Shown: in pieces, positions 1 to 13,844 of the stretch
Layout: each line of letters begins with the position of its first letter
Position numbering within the stretch: position 1 is the stretch's first letter
From: Azolla caroliniana
Lineage: Eukaryota; Plantae; Polypodiophyta
Reading direction: 5' to 3'
Assembly: GCA_043228905.1 (NCBI GenBank)
Contig: JBHGNT010000011.1
Location: 16,244,001 to 16,308,000, forward strand
Length of the DNA: 64,000 nucleotides
The notes under the pieces: model-generated
Databases searched by the model: none
Told to the model about the DNA's origin: nothing
The model's input: only the letters and a program-made list of their open reading frames with translations
Position numbers and translations under genes: made by a program

Positions 1-1860
1 AGAACTTGCGCCATAGTGATCCGCTGCACAATATATAAATCTTGTAAGATTGAGTTGCCCATTCTATATGGACATGCAGCATGTACCCATTTTTTATTCA
101 CAATTATGTTATGTAGGTCTTACGTGCTTTGGATTTGGTGTCAATATCCTTCTGATCAACTTCTGAGCTCCTTCTGGGAAGCCCCGTGGAGTTCTGTACT
201 CACTCTTAATAATCTGGGAGCATCAAAAACAGGAATTCGAGTTTAGGCAAAGCCAAACAGGTATATACTATACACCATCCATATGTAGTAGACATGTGGT
301 GGTGGAACACATATGATTCTTAAGAGATGACACCTTCTTATAAAGCTGCATCAGATTTCCATCTTCAAAAGGTAGCGATCCCGTCATTAAGACGAACAAG
401 ATTACACCACATGACCATAGGTCTGCTTTTGCTCCATCGTAGCCTTTGCTACAGATGATCTAACACACCACAAAACAAATCAACATGATCAATAACAAAC
501 AAATATTAACATGTGTATGTGTGAGGAATGCAAATACCTCTGGAGCAACATAATTTGGCGTTCCACATGCAGTATGTAGAAGTCCATCTGTCTGAAGGAG
601 AAGACTTAATGATTATCAATAATAACACACACGATATTCCTTCATTGCAGAGTGGCAAATGGCAATTGTGAATGTTATATTTGACTTACCAAACATTGTT
701 CTTTCAATGCACTCAATCCAAAATCAGATATCTTCAGATTGCCATCCTCATCTAGGAGCAAATTTTCAGGCTGCAAAGACAAAACAGGATTGTGTGCTGA
801 AGGTTAACCTAACAAGAAGACCTATTACACGGCATGCACAGATTCAGATGACCGGTGATCTAATCAATAACCTTCAAGTCCCTGTGATATACACCCTTGC
901 TGTGGCAGTAGTTTACTGCGTTAATTAGTTGCTGGAAATATTTCCTGGCTTCTCTCTCAGACAGTCTCCGCTGGTATCTCTGAGAACATTCCATATCAGC
1001 TCATAAGGAGAACATCCCAAATTGATTCATAAGAAAACTAACTAGGTACAATAATCCACAATCTAGACCTAGCTCAACTACTTACAATTTTTTTCAGCAA
1101 TTCTCCTCCAGCAGCAAACTCGAGAACAAAGTAAACCTTGGTCTTGCTGGCCATGACCTTCAAATCAGAAAAGAGTACTAATATATAAAACTAACACACA
1201 CATCAAGGCATTTTAGATCTGATATCAATACAAAGATCAGAGAGTGGATCCAAATCAGTAATGATGAAATACGATTGGCAGGTGACTTACTTCGAAAAGT
1301 TGCACTATGTTCGGATGCTTTACCAGCTTCATAGTGGAGATCTCACGTTTGATCTGAGATAATTGTGGAGGTGGAAACAGAGTGAATATGTTTATTGCAG
1401 ATTGCAGAGACCACAAGAAAACTCGGTGCAGTGCAGAGCTCTATCATACACACATACACACATCAAAGAGATCACACACCTGTTCGGATAACTTGTGCTT
1501 CAGAATTTTCTCCTTGTCAAAAATTTTGATGGCGTAAGTATCACCAGTCGTAACATGCCTGGCAAGTTTAACTTTGGCGAAATTTCCCTCACCCAGGGTA
1601 CGGCTAAGCTCATATATGCCCACCCGTGTTCGGACATGAGCATCAAAATCAGCAGAGTGGGAAGAAGAGAAGGATGGGGTGGACGATGAACGAGAGGGGG
1701 GTCGTGGCCGTGGCAGGGGCCGCGATTGGGGAGGATCAGGAGCAGGGGGAGGGGAGGTGGGATTAACAGCTACATCTGGAGGATTTGGGGAACTACTGTT
1801 GCTACTGCGTACAGAAGAGGAAGGGCCAAGGGGGGATGGATTAGCAGTAGCCGTCTGCAT
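1..1860 (-). CDS. CIPK: CBL-interacting Ser/Thr protein kinase (SnRK3, intron-rich CIPK23-like clade); 5' part only, gene continues beyond the left edge
   Basis: GT-AG exons at about 1860-1480, 1353-1291, 1157-1086, 979-872, 770-690, 591-538, 459-333, 213-124 and 23-1. They splice to [60 protein letters not shown]|[48 protein letters not shown]. The NAF domain lies outside the window. Confidence 0.92.
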
Positions 1861-1871
1861 TCCTTTGCGAT

Positions 1872-2066
1872 GAAGAAGAAGAAGAAGAAGAAGAAGAAGA
1901 TGATGATGATGATGAGACACAGCAACTAGCGAGTCCTATGCTCTGATCTGCTCTGCTCTGATCTGGTCTGATCTGCCCTACTCTGCAGCTCGTCTGTCAA
2001 TTAATTAGGCTCGACCCCTAATCTCCATGTACTGCTAAATACGGCCTCTGTCTGTGTCTGTGTCTG

Positions 2067-2120
<54 letters not shown>

Positions 2121-2345
2121 TGTCGCGTCGCCTTTGTTTCCATGTCCACGCGGAACGATAGCGCATGCGACCACAAAAACACATACACACACCTCCATGA
2201 TGGGACCGCTCATGGCCCATGCCATCACCTCTCTCCCTTACATGCATGCATGTACATATTTGTATGTGTGTTTTGTATGTATGTATATAATGTGTGTATG
2301 TATGTATGTATGTATGTATGTATGTATGTATGTATGTATGTATGT
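1872..2345. repeat. Microsatellite cluster upstream of the CIPK start: (GAA)n(GAT)n, (CT)n, (TATG)n
   Basis: Visible runs at about 1872-1913, 2072-2117 and 2297-2350. Confidence 0.95.
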
Positions 2346-4420
2346 ATGTATTGTATTGTATTGTTTGACACTTGTTCTAAGTTGTTGCTGATGCTATCGC
2401 TTCTCGAGAAATACCTTGTCCATTGAACTCAAATAAATGTGAAACCTCCCTTCGCGCAGGCTTCGAATTGTTGGCGCCATCACAATATTCCAAGTAACGT
2501 GTTATTTGAGATCAATGCACAAGACATCATCGAGGCACTTGAGCACCCGTCTTGTTTGAGGTTGTGATAGAAGGCCACTTTGTTGCATTGAATTGCAAAA
2601 TCCATCACATGTTACATTTCACTTGCCAAGCTTGAATTATTGAGTCCATCCTATAATTGGGTTAAAGAATATGAGAACTCTAGAATGGTCACTTTCATGT
2701 ACGTCATAGAATAAATATTGGTAAAGTCTGATGTGTTTCCATTGACAATATACATAAATATACTATAATAATAAATAGATTGTTAAATAAATGAATGTGG
2801 GCCAATGTTAAAATACAACTATATGTTTGTTATATTCAACTGCAATAACACTAATATACTCTAAGTAGGGAATCCCTACGTTGTACAAGTATTAACAAAT
2901 TATCACGTCATGTTTTGGTATGTCGTTATTGACATTGTCAAAGCTATGGAATTGTAGGCTCTCTATTTGCAATAGCCTAGACTTTGAAGATTATCATGCT
3001 TAAATCATAATTCATTTCATGTACAAAGAGGAAATTGTATGATATTGGTTGGTAGGAGTTGTTGTTCATCAAGGTATGGTTTGTGGGTGCTTCAATTGTC
3101 CAATTGGTTTGGAGGGTATTAAATAGGAGCCTTTGACCGGTGTGTGTTTGATAAGGGTTGTTAATGTGATTTATGTAATTGAGAATAGGGACAAAATGGG
3201 TTTATATTGGGTGAATGGAATCATGTTTGTACTCCATAAAGGCTCGAAGGTGACAATGTTAAAATTACATAAATATATGGTGGGTCTAAGATTTCCTTTT
3301 TTAGAGCAATATTTGAAGGTAAACAATTGTGGATATAGGCGTGTCCTTTTTTCCATAGAAAGGAGGGGTTATTTTTTAAAAGGACAATGATCCATGAGGA
3401 TTTATGGTAAAAGAACAAGGATAACAACCTCCACAAATGGGATGTAATGAATAGTAATAGACAAATGAAATGTTCTCATACTTTGGATTTTGAGAACGTT
3501 GCAATGTGAGGGTAATAATCAATTCTGAAATCAATTTCATTTGATGGCAAGACTTAAGTTGGTTATGATAATAGGATGCAATGTTGGCTATCCAAAGGAG
3601 AATATATGGCATTCTAAATGAGGACAAAAGTTGGCATTCCTAAAAATTATAGACTCATTTGTTTTAAGATGAAGGGTTGGCAAACATTGGAATGCCCAAA
3701 TTTAGATTTCACGAAGTCTTCACTTCATGTGATTAGACATTTGTAGGATAAAGTTATCTCACCAAAGCAAACATTATCACAACCTGACTTTGCATGTACA
3801 AGTGGATGGCATAGAGGGTTATGAAAAGAATGGAGAATTATAAAACCCCATAGTCAGATAGTGGTAGAGAGGGTTTAGTTGGCACCGTTTCTTGCATTTA
3901 GAGGTACAAAGTTTTTATTATATAAAGGGTTAATGATAGGAGGGGTTTACCCCTTAGGAGACGTCTTAAGAAAAGCAGAATATTGATAGTGAATATGTTT
4001 CTTTTACACAATGTGGCTAGGACATAGTAAGCATCACTTTATTACTTACATATTGGGCATGAAAATCTATTTGGACATATATACATATGTCTATAGTGTG
4101 GGCTTCTTCTAATCTAAAACAAGGCTGTCTAAACCCTACCCTAATGTACATTGTGTATTGTCTAAAACAAGGCACATGGCAAGGGAAGGGGGGGCGAGAG
4201 ACAAATATAAGTAGCTTTTTATTCACTATTTCTTTCATAAGTCTTCCAGTACCACCATATAATTTATACATACATACATACATACATACATACATACATA
4301 CATACAAATGATGTACATATATACATACATGATACACATAAGGGTATTGTCATTGTGTTCGTTCTCAACTTCAAGGGAAGAAGATTTTTGAATAGCATAT
4401 ATCGCTACACAGCAGTCTCC

Positions 4421-7400
4421 ATGGCGGCCTCGGCGGCAGCAGCAGCAGCAGGTGACGGCCCCGCTTCCACGTTGCCTGACTTCCTCAAGCCCTTCCACGA
4501 CAGAGCATCACTTGCTGAGGTGAGAGAGAGAAAGAGAGAGAGGATAATCATGACCGAAACTTGAAAACTGAGAGAGAGAAGGTCTGCAAGAAACACACGT
4601 GGTAACTATGGGTAGGGAGCGAGGTTGAGAGAGAGACAGAGAGAGCAGTAATTAGTAAGTACTCGCTATCATATTCTAGCTCCCGAATATCTCATTGTCC
4701 ATCTCTTTTAAGACTTTGATGTAGATACGAATCTGGCTACTTTTTGTGAGAGATATAATTCAATCAATCTCCACATCGAACCTCTCTCATTTACCACGAT
4801 GATTGATTTAGCACGGAGAAAATGTGGAGGAGAGTTGTGAACTTTGAAGGTCAACTGAGGAAGAAGAATAAAAAAGAGCTGCAGGTAAAAAGAGAAGATT
4901 CAAGAAAAAAGTCGATTTTGGGGAAAGCTAGGGTTACATTACTTTTGTTTCACATTAGATGGTTAGAAGGTGAAGCATACAATTATTTAAACTTATGCGG
5001 TCACTTTTGAATTCATGAGAAATGGAGCATGGATACTTAGAATTGTATCTATGCAGAATATGATCGTATTATTATGATAAATATTAATTATAAACAATTA
5101 ATTCAAAGATTAAAGAAAAGAATAGATTAAGGGTTGTTAATCACACCAACTACTCCTGAAAAAGGGACAGGAGATCAATACATAACCCCACTGAATATGG
5201 CCTTGTGTTATACCTTAGATGTTAGACAATTCCCAAAAGTTTTGCATCACCAGAAAGTCTCAACAGCATCCCAAAGATGTTGTGTAGAGGGGATCTCTAG
5301 TATGCATTATATAGCTTGACTCCTGAGGTTCCTAGATTGCCACAAGTTTCCACATGCTCCCAAACCTTATGGGTTGTTCCAAGCCCTAGGATATCCAGTT
5401 TCCCTCTTATCTTACCCTTAAATCCATTAAAAATAGCCTTTAACATTGGTTCTTTAGGATATGCCTATACCATGTATGAAACATCGTACCTTGTAGTCAT
5501 ACAAAATAAAAGAAACAACTCTATATTATAATAGGAATTTTTAATCTAAACATTGATCGATAACTAGCTTTTATTATTGCTGTTGGAGATCAATAATGAC
5601 CTACGGGGCCAAATTGAAACATTTTCACATAGTGCGTGTGGAATTGATAAGTGATTCTTGATGTTCTATAATGTTACTAATAAGTGTGCAATTGAGAGCG
5701 CATAGAGCTCTTAAGAAAGGAATGTTTTTTAGGGATACGTAAGGGTTGAAAATGTGGGAAATGCAAGCTTGAATGTGATAAAGGTGGAGCATTTTGTAAT
5801 ATTGTGATACTTATACTCTTGAACTTGAATGGGGCACAAGCACAGTTTATGAGTCTCTTTGTTGGTGCCCCAATGCCTCATCCCACATCAAATAAATTGT
5901 GTGTTATATCATATTGGAGTGATGGTGAAGATTGCAAATAAGGGAGCTGGCTCAAGGATGTGTGTGTGATTGTGAAGTCTATTTGAAGAAGAAGATTGTT
6001 TTGTGATTTGGTGCAATATATGTGATATAATGTGTGAAACATGAGCCTCCACATCTTTCTAACCTATCACACATGAACCTAGCATCCCAATCCACAGTCA
6101 AGAGTATGGCACTTGTTATCGTGTGATGACACTATCAATAGAACAACCTCAAGCATGCTACTTCCTCTTGATCTCAGAAATTAAGAAGGGGCTCCCCCAT
6201 TCCCTAAGAGGCTCATTTCATATGACATTGATGTCATATTGCGTCATCTTGTGTGAATGTTCATGTTTTGACCCAGTCATATTTTGACCCTCCAAGATAT
6301 GTGTTTATTTTGTTTATTGTATCCTCAATTGCATTACTTGTCATATTCCCTATATTATTTTATGTTGATCACAACCTAGCTTTCTAGGGCAACTTCTTTG
6401 TTTAAGGACTTTTTCTGCTTTACTTTGCTAGACATTTTATAAGTTTGTGGTGCAAAAGAACAAAAGAAAGAAGTCATGCTTGTGGTGCAAGGGCACCGTT
6501 TTAAGGGCATTAATGACACTCCCAAAATTGCAGAAGAATTAGTGTGACTCCTTGTCTACTTGATTGTTGTATTTGCATACGTTTCTCCCAAGGCATATTG
6601 ACCCTACCCTTGTCAATTATTAACCTCTTTGGGGAGTTGTAAACAATTAGTTGTCTTGTTGTTCCATCAACCACTATGTTGCCCCATCAATTGACCATAT
6701 CCTTGTCAATTGTTAACCTCATTGGGGATTCATTAAAACAGTCAGTTGTCTATGTTGTTCCATCAGCTTCTTATCCTCACCCATTTTATTCATCCACCTT
6801 GGTTGTTTTTCTTGGTTCTCTGTGAATATACGCTCGATAGGTTTGAATCTTCTATGGCCTTTCTACCTATATTCTTCAATCCACCATGGCCATTTGATCG
6901 GAAAAATTTGGATTGGGTAGAGCTTATCCCCAAACCTCTTGGAACGGAAGTCTCACTTGCAAGTCAGGGTCCCACTGCCGCCGACTCTGTTTGCTCTAAA
7001 TTTTTCCAAGGATAAACTTGCATTGCTATTTCAATTTCTTGAGACTCCACAATTCTCTCCTTATGTGGTTCCTTTGTCATGAAATGTCATATTCTTGAGA
7101 ATTTAATAAACCTCGAAAAAACCACGAGGACCAACATACACGTACTTTACATGATGTCGTGATGTGGCACGTCAACGGTGAGAAAAACACGTTGCACGCT
7201 CAGTTCACAGGGTCATGTAAATATGAAAAGAAATAAAGAACAAATAAGTATTAATGCCTAGTGGCTAGAACCATTGAGTATGTACAAAGTGGGTCTAAAG
7301 CCGCCGCGGTCGAAAGCCACCGAATCATGAGCTGATGCGGCCGAAAGCTAATGGGCCGAACCTTGTAAAGTACAAGACTTTCGTCTTCTGACTCCCTAGT

Positions 7401-10400
7401 CTGTGACCCCCGTGGTCCTGCCCAAACCAACCCGCACGTGCGAAATATTCACCAAATATGTCGTGAATATTTTGTGCATGTGGGTTAGTTTGGGCGAGAC
7501 CACGGGGGTCACAGACTAGGGAGTCAGAAGACGAAAGTCTTGTACTTTACAAGGTTCGGCCCGTAGGCTTTCGGCCCACGGTGCTTTCGGTTCGGTGGCT
7601 TCCGGCCGCGTTGACCTCCGACTCGCGTCAGCATTCAGCCGCGTCGGTTTTGGTTCGGTTGCGTTGGTTTTCGACTTGCCGACGATGTTAGGGTTCGGCA
7701 TGATTAACGTGACTTAAGAGATGATTAACACTCGATTTAGGGACTACGTGAGATTAAGACAAAATTTCGGCCAAAAATGTACACAATATGTGTTACGAAA
7801 CAGGTTTACAACAAAATGGCTTGATGCCACGATTTTGGTGGATTTTACAAGAAAATCTACAAAAAAAAACTGGTTCAAGTCAAGTGAGCCATTGAGACCG
7901 TGACTACCACCGTTGGTCAACCCCTGAAGATGGTATAATGTTCCCGTGTCACTTCGTTCTCCCTTCAATGATCCATCACAGTGTTAGCTTGCCTTTGACG
8001 AAACCGCTGCCACACGAAGCACTCTCCATCATGGAGAGGATGCCCGGACCACCGAGAAGACCGCCACCGGAATGCCGAAAAGGGTCGCCGTTGTAGAAAA
8101 CACCCAAACCAAAACAAAACCTCTCGAGTAATGAAGAGAGAAGAAACCTCGAACACTCACAAGAAAGAGCCCTCACAAAACTCACACCCACAAGAAGAAG
8201 AACCAAAGAGATCACATAAAAAGAAGCCCGAACTCGTAAATCCTCTTATACGGGAACATGAAACCCTAAACCTGAAGAAGAAGTATATGAAGAGACTAAG
8301 AAGAAACCCTAGAAACGATGGAGGAGGAGGAAAAGAAACCTTAAAAGGTACACCCTCTACCTCAAAATGGGCGACTTCCAAACCCTAATGGTGCACCACA
8401 AGCTACAAAATGAGACCCAAAATAAACCCCTCCCTCCTTTTTATAGATGAAGCGGACCCTGTTTTCTGAATTTTCAAAATTATTCCCTCCCTTTCTTCAA
8501 AATAAAGCAGAATAAAACACCCTTGATTCACGCTGGCAGAGACTCGAACTCTGCACCCCTCTGTACATACTCAATGGTCCTAACCATAGATTGAGATATT
8601 CGCATTCGTGGGGCCTCCCCCACGAATACCAACGAATACGTATAAGAATATTTCTTCCAATATTCGTTAACTTTTTTTCCCCCCTTTTTTTTCCCTATTC
8701 TTTTTTTTGAAAAAATGCATTCGACGAGTAGCGAATAGAGAAGAGCTCTGCAGGGAATAGCAATCAACAATCAACACAGAACAACATCAAACATCGGCTC
8801 CTCGGATCACAAATTTTCATTGAGCCATGGAAAATGAAGAAGCTTCTACACTTCCATGGCTCAATCAAGAAGCTCTTCGCAATCATTCACATTTTTAAGA
8901 GTTATAATTCCTCTTTGATCTGTGAAAGAGGAGTTTATATACATTATATGCAGAGTCTCATTTTATTCTGAAATAATCCATCGCTTAATGATAAATCTCG
9001 TCGAAGAATCATATGTATAATGGATTGGATCTTTCTTTGATCCCTGAGAAGAGGTTATGCAGAATTCATTATGTTGATGCATCTGGTGGATCATTTCCAT
9101 TGTTTGGTGATGAAGATTCTTGAAGAGTGATTCACGTGTACAGACCCGTGAAAGCTTGTTCAAGAAGCTCCTTGAAGAATCCTATGGTGTAATAATTTGA
9201 TAAAATGTGAAATCTTGTTGAAAAGAATACTTGCATTCATGGATCGATGATGAATCCACTTCTTGAGGAATCCTTCATCATTGATTGCAGATAGAATTAT
9301 TGTTTGAATAAGAAGACAGATGAGTCAAAAGAGATGAAAAAAAGCAGGAAATCAAGAACGACACTGAGCTTTTCACACGGTAAGGCTTCAGGAAGATCTT
9401 CAGATCAATCTCAAGCTTAAGTAATTGCTTCCATCATTTCAAAGCATCAGTTAAGAAAAGGACAAAGAGAAGGAAAAAATCATACCTCTAATATACTTTC
9501 AAATACAGGAACTGTAAGGAAAAGGTCAAAGACAAAATCATCTAAAATCATCCATTCAGATGCATCAAAAGGGCTCATAATCGCTTTAATTAAAACTTTT
9601 CTTTCTTATGTTAGTGTGATTTTGAAGACCTTCCATTTTTCTATTAATTGGTGATTTTTCCTTTTTTTTTAAGTGAATTGAATAATTTTTATTATGTAAA
9701 TTTATTTTCCATAAACGAATGGTTTTATAATATTCTTGGAGCAATTTTATATTCTCGAATACTACGAATATTGCGGATGTCGAATACCACGCATATCACG
9801 CATGGTTCAATCTATGGTCCTAACTATTAGGCCATTAATACTTATTTGTTCTTTATTTCTTTTCATATTTACACGACCTTGTGAAATGAGCATCTAACAT
9901 CTTTTTCTAACTTTTTTCTCACCGTTGACCTGCTAATTCACGAGAACGGTCTACGTGTAAGTGCAAGTAACCATTGTTTGACCCAAGGCAAAGTTGGTAT
10001 AAGCAATGAAGTTGTGTTTGTGAAAGGGTTTTCTGTTACAAGGATGTTAACGACACTACAAGAGCAAGGTGGTGTAGGTGGAAGGGCAGAAATTTTGATT
10101 TGAGGGAGTAAAAAATTCAAGTAGTTGATTGTTGTGGGGTGTGTGATGGCAAAAGGAAAAAGTGTACGTATAATGATAATGAGGTGAATGAAGCACAAAC
10201 ATTGATGTATGTGGAGACCATGTATATTGATTCAGTAAATAAAATATTAACTCAATGGAAGTATTTAAAATGTATTGTAAATGTGTTACTAGAAGATAAT
10301 GAAACATAATGTTAACATTGTTTGTTGAATGTATTAAAGATGACCAAGGATTAAAGGATATTTTAGAAAGCTGAGATCAAGTAGTTATTGCAATCATTCT

Positions 10401-13400
10401 CAATATTTTATGGTACAACACTCATTGTTTTTTACTAGAAAAATGCTAACTTTACCTTGGGTCGAACAATGGTTTGGTGCATTTTTACTAAAAGATTGAG
10501 TAAAATATGTGTATGTTGGTTCATGTGGCCTTTTGAGGTTTATTAAATTCTCAAGAGCAACAAGAAAATATATATACAAGATTGTCAGTATTTTATTTAA
10601 GGTGTGTAGTGCATATATTGCCATGGAGGCCACTAGTTACATTACAAGAAGTTCTCGAACATGCATGCTAACTATGGGTGGAGATTGAATGTTGACATTT
10701 GATCATGTGGTTTTTATTACAGTCCACAATGGCCATGGGGGGATGAATAAAATGGGTGAAGATAAGAAAATGATGAGACAACAGAATGGCTCATGGTACG
10801 ACAGACTGACTCATGGAATATGACATCTAGTTATTTTAACAACCCCCCATCCACGTCAACAAAATTGCATAATCAAATTAATTCTTATGCCGTGTTGGGA
10901 GCTTTCCAAATTTGGTAGAAACTTTAGTAGTGATGGAAGAGACATGATAAGTTTAAAGGGAAATAGTAAGGAGTTAAGGTAACTACATGAAACACATAGG
11001 GAGTGTGCTCTCCTAATTTAAGATGCATGAGTTACTTTGCAACAAAATCAATGGGATGTATTATGTGAAGTGGAGCATAAGGCCCTCCATTTGTTCACGT
11101 GGTTGGAATATATGCGTTGAAGTTATAATGGCAAATTTTCGCCCCTTGTTCTTCGGATGGACGACCAGGGATCCTCATGGGAGATTTTAATGTATGCTGT
11201 GAGGCAGACCAAGTCACATCGCCCCACTCTTTAGTGGATGCCCTCAAATTACAAACATGAGAACAATTTGATGTTGAAGTCTTGAGAGGCGATATATGGA
11301 AATGGATTCATGTGATGATTTATGTGTACACATATCAATATACATAATGTAGGTCTACATGGAATAGGTAGCTTGAAGACTCTTCTTTCTTAAGGCTATG
11401 TTTGAGGGACAACCATGGGCGGAAATTGTTGTTTACTTAATTGAGAAAGAAGATATTAGGAATGCAAAAACAAAGATTGCAGCCTCTTGTTGGCAAGGTG
11501 TTAATAGTGATAGACAAATTAAATGTGGTGGGAATTGATAACTCAACATTTCTTTGCCTCTTAGTAGAGTGTGTTAGTTTTTTTAGTGTCATGCATCACC
11601 CAAAAGGGAAAATACAAATTCTTTGCAATTGGAGGTATTGGTAACTTCTTGTGTTTTGGGATGGGAGTGTAATCACTCCAATTGAACCCAATTTAACCAA
11701 TGGCACGCTTTGGTTTTGGATAATGTACAAGATGCCATGTTGGAACCCAAAGATTAATTACAAGTTTTGGACAGCTAGGACAAGGTTTCTATTCCTAGAA
11801 ATTGCCATGCTATATGGTCTCAGTTGCAAGAAATGCCAACTTTCCAATTCCAAATTTGACTGAGGTTAATGCTTGAGGTAAATTGGATATGTTCAGCATC
11901 TCCATGTTCAGCAAGCTCTTTTTTGACATAAGTGGCAACCTTAAGTACCTTTGTATAGGGAGCTCCCAAAATCGTTGTACACTGGTCACTGATGGGAATA
12001 ATATCTTGATGATTATTGGGGCTGCTCCCATCTCTACCCGGATTATCTCATGGGCACTGGTGCTTGCTCCTTATCATGCAGGCAATCTTTGAGACTAAAG
12101 GGGTCTCTCTAAATTTTTCCAATTATTTGCCTTTTTAATACTCCGTCCCAGTTTTGTACTCCATAGAGAAGTGTATTAAATAGCCACAATTTATTGTGGC
12201 TCTTGGAATTGCAAATGTGCATATTGCCTCTTAAAGACGATGAAGGGCCGCATATCCATGCGAAAGTACAGCACAAGCAAACTTCGATAAGGAGAACCGA
12301 GGACCTTTGAATGTTACTCCTAGGTTTGTGTATGCCACCTTTTCCTCTCCTGAGAAGATTTCTGGTTCTGATCTTGCTACCCATGCTTTAGTGGTGTCAA
12401 ACACCATCACTTTAGTTTTATCTATGTTTACTGACAAACCTTTTGTCTGCACAAAATACTTTTCAGGCGTTTGGATGTATTTGGGGTTCCTCCTAAGTGT
12501 ATTAATGTATATGTCTATTCTTGCTAGGCATGCTCCCGAACTGCTGAATGTCTATATGTAATGTGGTACCTCATCTATATAGAGACCGAAGAGAGTTATA
12601 GTGGGCACTTTGTTTTACTTCAGTTGTGCTAGCCACAGCCTTCAACAAACCATTGGCCTCTTCAAAGGTGAAACTTCGAAAAAATGAGATAATGTTGATT
12701 GTACATTCAAATAATCATGATTGAATTTTGTACATTGAGAATCAAGATAAGTATATAGAAAAAGCTCATACGATATATGATTGAATTTTCTTGAGATATG
12801 TAGCTTTTTTTCAAATGATGATGGTTATATATCGTTGTTGAGACATCATACTAGGTCCTGTCTTAATTGATGCTATTCTTCATGGTTGAGTCTGTTCATC
12901 GCTCTTTGGAAAAGTGATATAAGCATGTATTTAGGATATATCAACCTTCATTTACTCATAGGCTGATGATGAGTAAGTGAAGTAATTTTAATGGAGTCCA
13001 TCCGAGATCCATTCCTCATGCTGGTTATATATTGCTGTTGAGACATCATACTAGTTCCTGTCTTACTTGATTCTATTCTTCATGGTTGAATCTGTTGATC
13101 GCTCTTTGGAAAAGTGATATAAGCTTAATGTGGCAATTCATGTATTTAGGATATATCAACCTTCATTTACACATAGGCTCTGATGATGGGTAAGTGAAAT
13201 AATTTTAATGGAGTCCATCCGATGTGGTAAGGTGATTGCCAAAATAGTACTAATTGAGATCCGTACCTCATGCAATGTAGATTTGTATGTAAATATTCTA
13301 GTTCTATATTTATGTGTCGCACTTTTATAATGTAGCTTAATAATTGATATTGCATTCCATTCTGATTTCTACATGATTTTCATTTTCTTATGTGTATACT

Positions 13401-13844
13401 TTCCAGGATCGTCTAGCTAAGCTTGAAGCTGCCTTGAGAACTGGTCTGTTATAAATGGACTTGCACGTTGTAACTATATTGTGATCTATCATTCTGTTAA
13501 CTCATTATTTAGAGATGTGCAGGAAAGGCATCAACTGATACCAGTGATTTGTTGAGCTCTCTGGTAGACCTGCGTGAAAAGATGGAAAAAGCGAAGGCAG
13601 AAATTTCTGCTGAAAGAGAACAGGTTATTTAGTGTAATGCTTTGTATCATACTGTAATGAATTATGCAAGATAAATCTGGTTCAAATGATAAAGTAACTT
13701 TTTCTTCGGAATTGGAAACAGTCAAGGAAAGAACAAGAAAGGCTTGCCATGGAGAATGCTAAGCTTCAGTATCGGATCAGTCATCTGGTTCGGTCTTTGG
13801 AAGAAGCTGATAAGATTTTGGAGAAAGCAACTACTAATCCATGA
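4421..13844 (+). CDS. Small (119 aa) coiled-coil protein of unknown function, 4 exons
   Basis: Exons 4421-4519, 13407-13443, 13523-13623 and 13722-13844 have GT-AG ends and consistent phases. They give MAASAAAAAAGDGPASTLPDFLKPFHDRASLAE-DRLAKLEAALRT-GKASTDTSDLLSSLVDLREKMEKAKAEISAEREQ-SRKEQERLAMENAKLQYRISHLVRSLEEADKILEKATTNP*. The link across the 8.9-kb intron is inferred from phase and protein continuity. Confidence 0.8.
7353..7562. repeat. Near-perfect palindrome/hairpin (~210 bp; imperfect arms extend to ~7290-7625)
   Basis: 7353-7417 pairs without mismatch to 7498-7562; the inner arms pair with a few mismatches around a small loop near 7455. Confidence 0.95.
8585..9816. mobile_element. Non-autonomous hAT-superfamily DNA transposon (1232 bp)
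   Basis: TIRs CATAGATTGA / TCAATCTATG, perfect 8-bp TSD GTCCTAAC (8577-8584 and 9817-9824), subterminal CGAATA repeats at both ends, no intact transposase. Confidence 0.88.
11430..12650 (-). pseudogene. Degenerate LINE (RTE-like) reverse-transcriptase/C-terminal remnant
   Basis: Fragments GLSVNIDKTKVMVF..YTNLGVTF..GYAAL and WLFNTLLYGVQNW, interrupted by frameshifts; boundaries approximate. Confidence 0.7.
12821..13222 (+). repeat. Local tandem duplication (~200-bp unit x2) in intron 1 of the coiled-coil gene
   Basis: 12821-13003 closely matches 13022-13222 (TGGTTATATAT..GAGACATCATACTAG..GGAGTCCATCCGA). Confidence 0.9.

Larger units (their letters stand above)
7093..10556. mobile_element. 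Non-autonomous long-TIR (Mutator/foldback-like) DNA element; right TIR broken into three pieces by later insertions
   Basis: Left arm ~7093-7290 is reverse-complementary to 10500-10556 + 9825-9929 + 8560-8584. No clear TSD or transposase found. Confidence 0.65.

Noticed and set aside
1861-1920. Poly-His/poly-Leu N-terminus in the ORF-track 158-aa protein
   Set aside because: Translation of a UTR microsatellite from a non-ATG start; the first ATG is at 1860
2001-2426. ORFs with ERERER/MYVC repeats (also ~4017-4498, 15625-15816, 25305-25526)
   Set aside because: Microsatellite translations
12815-12966. Intronic C/D snoRNA (ATGATGA..CTGA) in the duplicated segment
   Set aside because: Box C is not retained in the second copy, no clear stem or guide sequence; motifs are plausible by chance
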